A stretch of DNA of 64,000 nucleotides from Prochlorococcus sp. AG-442-N17 (lineage in GTDB: Bacteria; Cyanobacteriota; Cyanobacteriia; PCC-6307; Cyanobiaceae): the NCBI GenBank assembly GCA_003212375.1, contig QCPY01000003.1:12308-76307 (forward strand). Reading direction: 5' to 3'. Below, one piece after another: positions 1 through 7,426 of this stretch. Made by a program: the position numbers and the translations under genes. How positions within the stretch are numbered: position 1 is the first letter of the stretch; every line of letters begins with the position of its first letter. The notes beneath the pieces are model-generated. The model was given only the letters and a program-made list of their open reading frames with translations. It ran no database searches and was not told where the DNA came from.

Positions 1-240
1 AATAAAAACGATTTGGGATATCAAAGAGTATTCAACATCATAATCTCTTTTGAAAACATTGCTGAATTTACTAATGATTTATTTGATATGAATAAAACGA
101 GAAAAACCATAAGATTTTTAAAGCCTGATTTCTCTTCTTTAGTTTTGGAACCTCAGCCCATATGGCTTCGAAGGGGTATTTTGACAATTGATTTTGATCG
201 ATTAAATAATTTTGGATCTAATGTAATAAATGAGTACTAA
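1..240 (+). CDS. Hypothetical protein, probably the 3' end of an ORF starting before the window
   Basis: Frame 1 is open from base 1 to TAA at 238-240. Confidence 0.45.
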   Translation, partial: NKNDLGYQRVFNIIISFENIAEFTNDLFDMNKTRKTIRFLKPDFSSLVLEPQPIWLRRGILTIDFDRLNNFGSNVINEY

Positions 241-469
241 TATCAAAAGATTATCTAATAAAAAAAAATTTTTTATATCAGGTTTACCAGAAATATAAAA
301 TAGAGGTTAATCTTATTTGGATCTCATGCGATAATTTTTCCCACAAAATTTTAAAGGAAAAATATCCTAAGGCAGATGATATTTATGTAATACAGAATTT
401 TTTCAAAAAATCTTGATCTTATTTAACTAAAATCATTTTTTATCTAAACTAAAGTATTTAAATAATTTA

Positions 470-495
470 GGAATCAAAAAAATTTAGAGGAACTA
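470..495 (+). promoter_or_regulatory. Island motif copy 1, GGAATCA-N13-GAACTA (putative alternative-sigma promoter)
   Basis: GGAATCA 470-476, GAACTA 490-495; ATG at 529. Confidence 0.8.
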
Positions 496-528
496 TACAT
501 ACTCAAATAATTATAAATAAAACTTGAA

Positions 529-1266
529 ATGACCGTAAAAAAAGGATGGGGTTATTGGAAATATGAAGGTGAAGAAGCAGAACGAAATGGCGACTTTACT
601 AAGGCTTTGGAACTTTATTCTTTGGCGATTATAGAATGTCCATCTAATGAAGATGCATTTATTTCTAGAGGTCATGTCAAATGTGATCTTCGTGAATTTG
701 ACGGTGCAATCGATGATTTTACTGAAGCAATTGAGATAAACCCTAGAAACAAATATGGTTATATAAATAGAGCTTATGTTAATTTGAATTTTGAAAATTT
801 TGAAGATGTTCTGATTGATTCAACAAAGGCTTTAGAAATTGACTATTCGGATAAAGATGCATTTATTAATAGAGGTATGGCAAATCTATTTCTTAATAAT
901 TTTGATGATGCTATAAAAGACGCAACTGAAGCTATCTATCTTGATAGATATGATAAGGGTTTCTTTATTAGAGGATTAGCTAAATATAGGAAAAGAGATT
1001 TTAATAAGGCAATATTTGACTTTTCGAATGCAATTAATTGTCGTTCCGGTTTTTCATGGCAGTGTCTTTTTTTTAGAGCTGTTGCACGCGCAAGAAACAA
1101 TAATTATGAGGACGCTTTAGATGATTTCAAATCATTTATTGGTAAAAACAAAATGAGAAGAATTCAATTATTTAAAGATAATCTTGCTCAAAATAAAGAT
1201 ATTTTGAATGATATTCCTAAGGAAATGATAAGTCTTATAAGGCTTAATATTGGAAATTATTTTTAA
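529..1266 (+). CDS. TPR repeat protein
   Basis: Repeated units such as AFISRG...GAIDDFTEAIEINP. Confidence 0.9.
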   Translation: MTVKKGWGYWKYEGEEAERNGDFTKALELYSLAIIECPSNEDAFISRGHVKCDLREFDGAIDDFTEAIEINPRNKYGYINRAYVNLNFENFEDVLIDSTKALEIDYSDKDAFINRGMANLFLNNFDDAIKDATEAIYLDRYDKGFFIRGLAKYRKRDFNKAIFDFSNAINCRSGFSWQCLFFRAVARARNNNYEDALDDFKSFIGKNKMRRIQLFKDNLAQNKDILNDIPKEMISLIRLNIGNYF

Positions 1267-1271
1267 TCAAT

Positions 1272-1481
1272 TTATTTGTTTTTTATTGCAATTACTAAAT
1301 CCATTACAGCCCTTACGCCCTCTATAAGGATTTTTATTTCAGAAGGACCAACATTCTCAACATTATTTTCCTCTTTATTTATATATTCTATTATCTCATC
1401 TATATCTTCTGACATTTGTCTTAGCCTCAATTTTATATCAATTTTTTTTTCTCTTATGCCGCCTTTGTGCCATTTTGCCAT
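1272..1481 (-). CDS. Small hypothetical helical protein (69 aa)
   Basis: Protein-like composition; preceded by the island motif at the standard distance. Confidence 0.7.
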   Translation of the reverse strand: MAKWHKGGIREKKIDIKLRLRQMSEDIDEIIEYINKEENNVENVGPSEIKILIEGVRAVMDLVIAIKNK

Positions 1482-1510
1482 TTTCTGAATTTAAAAGGAT
1501 CAAATTCATA

Positions 1511-1537
1511 TAGTTCTATCTTTTGTAAAATGATTCC
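1511..1537 (-). promoter_or_regulatory. Island motif copy 2, GGAATCA-N14-GAACTA
   Basis: + strand reads TAGTTC 1511-1516 and TGATTCC 1531-1537; ATG at 1481. Confidence 0.8.
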
Positions 1538-1563
1538 TTTCTCATAAGGAGTGGAAAGTTCCA

Positions 1564-1589
1564 GGAATCAATTTTTGATTTCAGAACTA
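1564..1589 (+). promoter_or_regulatory. Island motif copy 3, GGAATCA-N13-GAACTA
   Basis: GGAATCA 1564-1570, GAACTA 1584-1589; ATG at 1621. Confidence 0.8.
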
Positions 1590-1620
1590 TTTAATAACTA
1601 GATTTAATAATTTATTTTTT

Positions 1621-2361
1621 ATGGAAAATGCATCAAATGAACTTGCTTTAACCTTTCAAAATCTGGGTTATTCAAGACATCAAAAGGGTGAATATAAAAA
1701 TGCCTGCGAAGATTATTTGAGATCAATTGAAATTAATCCAAATAATGGAAAGACCCATTATTTAATGGGTTTAAGTCTGACAAAACTTGGACTTTATGAT
1801 GATGCAATTTCAAGATTCGAAAAGGCTATAGAAGTTGATGAGGATAATTCATCAATCTATTATTATAACTTGGCTAAATTAAAGTTTAAACAAAATGATT
1901 TTGAAGGAGCAATTAAAGGTTATACCTCATTTATTGATACTGATACTAAGCTTAAGGAAACTGATGTGATTTATCTCAAAGCTTATTTTGAAAGAGCAAA
2001 TGCAAATAGAAATTTGAATAATAGATTTGAAGCAATTCTCGATTGGGCTTATGTTGTTGAACTAATAAAATTAAGAAATCAGCTGACATTGGAAGATGAA
2101 GATATATATGAACAGTCAAATGAATTTGGTGAATTTCTAAGAATGAAAAATCAAAAAAATTCTAGAGATCATGAAATTTATGCTGAAGCTTCATATCAAT
2201 TATCAAGAGAAAGAATTTCAGATCTAAGAACCCATGAAGAATTAAAGAAATTATCAACTATTGATAAATTAGCTTTATTCGATGATCTTGAAATGTACGA
2301 AGAATGGATTAAATCAGAATATAGTCCAGAGGCTTTAAAGAAAAAATATAGAAATAGATAA
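1621..2361 (+). CDS. TPR repeat protein with unknown C-terminal region
   Basis: N-terminal TPRs (YKNACEDYLRSIEINPNN, YDDAISRFEKAIEVD). Confidence 0.85.
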   Translation: MENASNELALTFQNLGYSRHQKGEYKNACEDYLRSIEINPNNGKTHYLMGLSLTKLGLYDDAISRFEKAIEVDEDNSSIYYYNLAKLKFKQNDFEGAIKGYTSFIDTDTKLKETDVIYLKAYFERANANRNLNNRFEAILDWAYVVELIKLRNQLTLEDEDIYEQSNEFGEFLRMKNQKNSRDHEIYAEASYQLSRERISDLRTHEELKKLSTIDKLALFDDLEMYEEWIKSEYSPEALKKKYRNR

Positions 2362-2388
2362 ACAATTACTTATTAATTATTTATTTAT

Positions 2389-3426
2389 TTATCTATCATT
2401 CATTAATTGTTCTTGACGCATTTTATTTAATTCTTTTAGCTTTTTATAATTTATCTCGGCATCTTTATATAACATCCAATCATCTTTTTTATTCTCGCTT
2501 AATTTAAAGTACATATTACTAAGACTAATTAAAATATCACAAACTTTATTAAATATTTCAAATGAAATTAGTTTTTTTTCGTTCTCTTCAGAGTGTTCTT
2601 TTATTAGTTTAAATATTTTTTCTGTATTATTATATTTAAAGTATTGAGAAGGTTCAATTTTATATAGTTGCAAACTTTTTACTAAGATAAGTTGTAATTC
2701 TTTGCTCGGATAATGATAAGTTAAAAAATCCATCAAATACCAATTATAAAATCCCATTAACCCTTCCATATTTTGATTTTCAAGGTAATCAATGGGTATA
2801 TCTCTTACTTTATCCCATATATTCTCAATCTTTGTGTTTAATTCAGGAGTAAGTTCAAAAATTTCAGTAGATGCATAAGAATTTTCTTCTTTTGGTGATT
2901 TATCATTTCTAGACTTTTCTTTAAGCCAGGTATCAGAATTTATATTTATGAATGTATTTCTATATTTTTTTGAAATGAATTCGTCTTCTTTTACTTTTTT
3001 AATATTGTGGATAATATCTTTAACAAAATTACTTAAAGTAGTCCATTCTTTTGCATAATCATTAAATTTTAAATTAGAACTATAGAAGTTTAAAAGCATA
3101 TTAAAATTAATCAAATCTTTATCTGGAAGTTTTGAAACTATGTAGGCAATAAAATATGAAAAATTAGAACCATAATTTCCTGATAAAAGGTATTCATTGA
3201 AATCTCTAATAATTTTTTTTGAAGGATAATTATTCTCATCAATTTCCCAGTTATCCATAAGTGATCTGAAATCAATAATTATTTGTCTCATAAATTTTTC
3301 CTTATCAGAATTTAGATATGTATCATTAATTAGGATCTCATCATTATTGGTTATTTCTCTGAGTTTTTGCATAGATTGTCTCAGATTGAACCTTGCTGCT
3401 GAAGCTGATAGTCTTTTGAAAATCAT
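2389..3426 (-). CDS. Hypothetical protein (345 aa)
   Basis: Long ORF, no recognisable family; N-terminal SAARFNLRQS resembles the N-terminus of the vWA protein. Confidence 0.75.
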   Translation of the reverse strand: MIFKRLSASAARFNLRQSMQKLREITNNDEILINDTYLNSDKEKFMRQIIIDFRSLMDNWEIDENNYPSKKIIRDFNEYLLSGNYGSNFSYFIAYIVSKLPDKDLINFNMLLNFYSSNLKFNDYAKEWTTLSNFVKDIIHNIKKVKEDEFISKKYRNTFININSDTWLKEKSRNDKSPKEENSYASTEIFELTPELNTKIENIWDKVRDIPIDYLENQNMEGLMGFYNWYLMDFLTYHYPSKELQLILVKSLQLYKIEPSQYFKYNNTEKIFKLIKEHSEENEKKLISFEIFNKVCDILISLSNMYFKLSENKKDDWMLYKDAEINYKKLKELNKMRQEQLMNDR

Positions 3427-3479
3427 ATTTAAGAGAAATAAAAATTAATTTAAAGTTTAATTTTTTATTCGAATATTTT

Positions 3480-4175
3480 CTAATTATCGATTTTTATTTT
3501 TCTAAAGGCTTCCTTAAAATATAAATCTTCACATATTGGATTTATAGTGGGTTCTAATTCTAAACCTCTATTCAAATCATTAATTGCACCAGTGTAGTCT
3601 TCTAATTTTAAGCCTCTAATATCTGATCTTTTGAAGTATAGATCTGCTTTAAATGGATAAAGCTTAATTGCTAAAGAAAGATCTTTCTCAGCTCCACGAA
3701 ATTCTCCTGACATCTTTTTAACTAAAGCACGTTTTTCAAATAGATAATGATCATCTGGATTTAATAAAATTGCTATACCGTAATCATCTATTGCACCTTC
3801 AAAGTCCAGTAAATTCTCCTTGGTTATGGCTCTTAATTCGTAAGCATCTTTATTGTTTGGATTTAATTTAATTACTTCATTGAAATCTGATAATGCAGAT
3901 TTATATTCTTTCAAAGCAAGCATAGATGACCCTCTCTCGATAATAAAAAAATAACTTTTTGGATTTAATAAAATGGCAATATTTAAATCATCTATTGCAC
4001 TTCTATCATTTAGTTGATTTTTGTAACATAAAGCCCGAAAATAATATCCACAAGTTCTGTAGGGTATAGAGATTATTGCCTCTGAATATTTTTTGATGGC
4101 TTCAGTATAATTTTCATTAAATTCTTCCTCAAGACCTTCACTTATCAATAATTCATATCTATATATATTAGACAT
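3480..4175 (-). CDS. TPR repeat protein
   Basis: About six tandem 34-aa TPRs (SAIDDLNIAILLNP, GAIDDYGIAILLNP). Confidence 0.9.
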   Translation of the reverse strand: MSNIYRYELLISEGLEEEFNENYTEAIKKYSEAIISIPYRTCGYYFRALCYKNQLNDRSAIDDLNIAILLNPKSYFFIIERGSSMLALKEYKSALSDFNEVIKLNPNNKDAYELRAITKENLLDFEGAIDDYGIAILLNPDDHYLFEKRALVKKMSGEFRGAEKDLSLAIKLYPFKADLYFKRSDIRGLKLEDYTGAINDLNRGLELEPTINPICEDLYFKEAFRKIKIDN

Positions 4176-4203
4176 TTTGTTTTAGTAAAAATTTATATAT
4201 ATG

Positions 4204-4229
4204 TAGTTCCTGCTTCTAATTTTGATTCC
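4204..4229 (-). promoter_or_regulatory. Island motif copy 4, GGAATCA-N13-GAACTA
   Basis: + strand TAGTTC 4204-4209, TGATTCC 4223-4229; ATG at 4175. Confidence 0.8.
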
Positions 4230-4253
4230 TTATAAAAAACATAAAAAAGTTAT

Positions 4254-5087
4254 TTATAAAAAAAGTCCATTTTTATCTGAAAAACTTGATTGGTTTATTA
4301 AATATTGAATAATATTTTTTTTAATATTTTTTTTACTTGTTTCAATAAATTTGTAATACTCATCTATTAAATCATCAGCATATTCGCACTCATCAAATAA
4401 ACATTCGTTATTTTCTACTACATAATTAGAATATTTAACTATATCATTTTCATTAACACATTTATCCTCTATTTTTTTTAGCTTTTTAAAAAAATTACTT
4501 ATAGAAAAATATAAACTATTTTCTCCAATTGTTGAAAGTTCAATTATATCTACTGGATATTTATGCAATCGCCATTTCCATAAAGTTTCTATTGCAGAAT
4601 CAAGATATAAATAACAGTGTGCATCAAAAAAATTGTGTTTGGTTTTTATTGCTTTTTTATATTTAGTTTCAAATTCTTTTATTTCTTCTTCTTCTATGAA
4701 TACGCTGCCTTTTTTTAAGTCTATTTTGCTAGATTTCTCCCATTTAGATATTTGAGCAAGATCTTTTATATTTATAGGTTTATTATTCTCTAAAAAATAA
4801 TCTTTGGCAATTTGATTTTCAAGTGTTATATCTAATATTTGCATAATATAATTTAAAAAATCATCATAAATATAAATATTTTCGTCATAAAATTCTGTTT
4901 CTTTTGGAGAAAGAGAATAAAAATTTTCTTCAAAATATCTTAATTCTCTTACTAATGAATAAGTTTTATCTTTTCGTATAATTTTCTCAACTTCATAAAC
5001 ATATATTGCATTTTTTTCATCTAAAAAAAGATCACTTTGATAATAATTATTAAAGTTAACAGATTTAAAATTATATATGTTTTCCAC
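4254..5087 (-). CDS. Hypothetical acidic protein, third gene of the AAA/vWA operon
   Basis: Long ORF 12 nt downstream of the vWA gene. Confidence 0.7.
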   Translation of the reverse strand: MENIYNFKSVNFNNYYQSDLFLDEKNAIYVYEVEKIIRKDKTYSLVRELRYFEENFYSLSPKETEFYDENIYIYDDFLNYIMQILDITLENQIAKDYFLENNKPINIKDLAQISKWEKSSKIDLKKGSVFIEEEEIKEFETKYKKAIKTKHNFFDAHCYLYLDSAIETLWKWRLHKYPVDIIELSTIGENSLYFSISNFFKKLKKIEDKCVNENDIVKYSNYVVENNECLFDECEYADDLIDEYYKFIETSKKNIKKNIIQYLINQSSFSDKNGLFL

Positions 5088-5099
5088 TATTTTTATTAA

Positions 5100-6278
5100 T
5101 TATAATTTACTTTCATTTAGTCTTATAACTTCTCCAAAAGTAAAATATTCACTTTCTTGGCCTCCAGGAGTAATCACCCATAGAACAGGTAATTCAGGGG
5201 TCTTAATTGGTAAATAAGCGTAGCCATCGGTTAAATATATACATACTGCATCTTTTTGAAAAGTATTAATTTTTTCTACTTCTTCAAAGAAAGGATCAAA
5301 ACTGGTAAAACCTCCACCTTCTGGATCAGGAATATCTTTTTCTTTATCAATATCAAAAGGACCATATAATTCAGTATCTGCATACCAAAGTTTGCATACT
5401 AAATTTGGGTAAGAATTAACAATTCCACTAAGTTCACTTAAGAACTTTTCTAATTCTTCTGTTGATACAGAGCCACTTGTATCTATACAGCAAAAAATAA
5501 ATACTGTCTCACCTTTTAATTCCTCAAAATAAATTTCATTATGAATAAATCTTCTGTCAAATCCTTCAAAATCATTTGGAGTTCTAACTAGAAATCTCCA
5601 TAAATGAGCTTTCCAGTTTATTTCTGGCTTAGTTATTTCATCACAATGCCTTTTGAAGGATTCAGGAATATTTGTCTGATCAGATTGCTTTGCTACTAAA
5701 AGAGAATCAGTTATTGCTTTTTTCCAAAATTGCTTTTTAGCATTTTGTTTATTTAACTCGTTTAATTCATCTAATTCTTTATTAGCTTTATTCGAATTAA
5801 CATTGTTATTTTTATGTACTAAATCATCAATAGGTAGATTTATTTTCTCTTTCTTTTTGAGTAATATTTCATAAATCTCTTCTACTTTTAGACTTTCTAA
5901 ATCTTCATCTCTTATAGCATTAGCAGGTAATTTTACTGAAGGCTCTGATGCAATCATTCCATTGACCACTATATCCGCCGCAATATTGAAAATATAATTA
6001 TCTCTCTCGCCCTTTCTCGAGCAATGTAATAGAGCCATATGTAAAAGCTCATGCAGAAAAATTGCATCCCTTTCTTTAGGTTTGAAATTAATATAATTTT
6101 GAGGATGAAAAAATATCTTTTGCCCATCAGTCGCAGCTATAGGAAATTCTTTAGTAAATTCAATTTCTGCATACATTGAAAGTGAGGCGAAAAATGGAGA
6201 AGATTGCCTTAGTCTTAAACGTGTAGCACTTATGTAATTAAATAATTCTGAAGTATCTTTTTCTTTTTTATTTTTCAT
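5100..6278 (-). CDS. DUF2201-type metallopeptidase + vWA domain protein
   Basis: AATDG and HELLH (HExxH) motifs; NIAADIVVN; MIDAS IDTSGS; GGGFTSF; YLTDG. Confidence 0.85.
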   Translation of the reverse strand: MKNKKEKDTSELFNYISATRLRLRQSSPFFASLSMYAEIEFTKEFPIAATDGQKIFFHPQNYINFKPKERDAIFLHELLHMALLHCSRKGERDNYIFNIAADIVVNGMIASEPSVKLPANAIRDEDLESLKVEEIYEILLKKKEKINLPIDDLVHKNNNVNSNKANKELDELNELNKQNAKKQFWKKAITDSLLVAKQSDQTNIPESFKRHCDEITKPEINWKAHLWRFLVRTPNDFEGFDRRFIHNEIYFEELKGETVFIFCCIDTSGSVSTEELEKFLSELSGIVNSYPNLVCKLWYADTELYGPFDIDKEKDIPDPEGGGFTSFDPFFEEVEKINTFQKDAVCIYLTDGYAYLPIKTPELPVLWVITPGGQESEYFTFGEVIRLNESKL

Positions 6279-7297
6279 TTAATAATCAACTCCTGATAAT
6301 TTTTTAAATATTTCTGCATTTGAGGATCGCCCATTACAACTTTTGCTAGAGAGGTGAGTTGTTTTTTTTCTTTAAAATTGGCAACTATATCAGACGCAAA
6401 TACCTGTATCCATTCAGGAGTTGTATTTTTGAAAAGCCACTGAAAAACTTCTTTCACCTCTTCCGCTTTATCAGTTCTTTTAGTTAGGCCTGTTATGGTT
6501 GCCCATTGTGTTGATACCTGTTTGGGGAAATTTATTTTTTCTCCATTACCTTTGATTATTTGAGCAAGATTAGGAAGGTTTTTATATACATTTAAAAATG
6601 AATTAAATTCTTCAGCTGCACCATCTCCAATTGCAGTATTAATTGGAAGATTAAGTTTAAATAAGTTGCTTGCCATTTCCCAGGATCTTGGAGATGGCCA
6701 TGCCTTTTCCTCAAAATTTACTTTATGCAGTAAGGCAGGTCTGAATCCAAGAAAACTTATTATTTCTTCTGGTAAATCTTTTTTAAGAGCGTGAGATTTA
6801 AAACAAGAAAAATTTACTTCTACATCTAAATGAAGAAAGCGATTATTTAGAGGTGTAGGCATTTCAAAGACTGATGCACGATCTTCCTTCCTATTACCAG
6901 CAGCCCAAATAAGCCAATCTTTAGGAACCCTATAATTGCCAACTTTCCTATCAAGTATCAGTTGTTGTGCTACTCCCTGCATTGCAGGAGGTGCCATATT
7001 TATTTCATCAAGAAATAATATACCTTTTCCTGCTTTTGGAAGAAATTCTGGAGGATACCATTTAGAAATACCTATTTCTGTTTTGCTTTTAGGATGAATT
7101 GCTACAGGTAGTCCTCTAAGATCAGTAGGAGCTAATTGACTGAGTCTTAAATCAATAAAATCATATCCTTTATTTTTTGCGGCCTGGCTTACAATACTTG
7201 ATTTTCCTATTCCAGGAGGACCCCATATCATTGCACTTATAGTTAGTTCTTCAGAAATTAATCTTTCTAGAAACGCAGTTAATTGGGATGGAGTCAT
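6275..7297 (-). CDS. MoxR-like AAA+ ATPase; start reassigned to ATG 7297 (MTPSQL...)
   Basis: Walker A GPPGIGKS, Walker B LFLDE, AAGNR, NRF, SPRSW; the ORF-track extension to 7366 overlaps the promoter motif. Confidence 0.9.
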   Translation of the reverse strand: MTPSQLTAFLERLISEELTISAMIWGPPGIGKSSIVSQAAKNKGYDFIDLRLSQLAPTDLRGLPVAIHPKSKTEIGISKWYPPEFLPKAGKGILFLDEINMAPPAMQGVAQQLILDRKVGNYRVPKDWLIWAAGNRKEDRASVFEMPTPLNNRFLHLDVEVNFSCFKSHALKKDLPEEIISFLGFRPALLHKVNFEEKAWPSPRSWEMASNLFKLNLPINTAIGDGAAEEFNSFLNVYKNLPNLAQIIKGNGEKINFPKQVSTQWATITGLTKRTDKAEEVKEVFQWLFKNTTPEWIQVFASDIVANFKEKKQLTSLAKVVMGDPQMQKYLKNYQELIIK

Positions 7298-7324
7298 TAA
7301 TAAAAAAATAAATTTATCTATTAA

Positions 7325-7351
7325 TAGTTCTTTTCTTTCAAATGTGATTCC
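7325..7351 (-). promoter_or_regulatory. Island motif copy 5, GGAATCA-N14-GAACTA
   Basis: + strand TAGTTC 7325-7330, TGATTCC 7345-7351; ATG at 7297. Confidence 0.8.
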
Positions 7352-7426
7352 AAATAATTTCCTCAAATATAATTAGTGTTATTATTTTTAAATACTTATA
7401 GTAAGAAATTTAATGGTCTATATCAG

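Noticed and set aside
1276-1488. Plus-strand 70-aa ORF
   Set aside because: Antisense shadow of the motif-supported minus-strand gene
3757-4000. About 40-bp imperfect direct repeat spaced 204 bp apart
   Set aside because: Exactly two TPR units apart, so ordinary intragenic repeat structure and not CRISPR or att
7298-7366. N-terminal extension of the AAA ORF in the track
   Set aside because: Overlaps the promoter motif; the family-like sequence starts at ATG 7297
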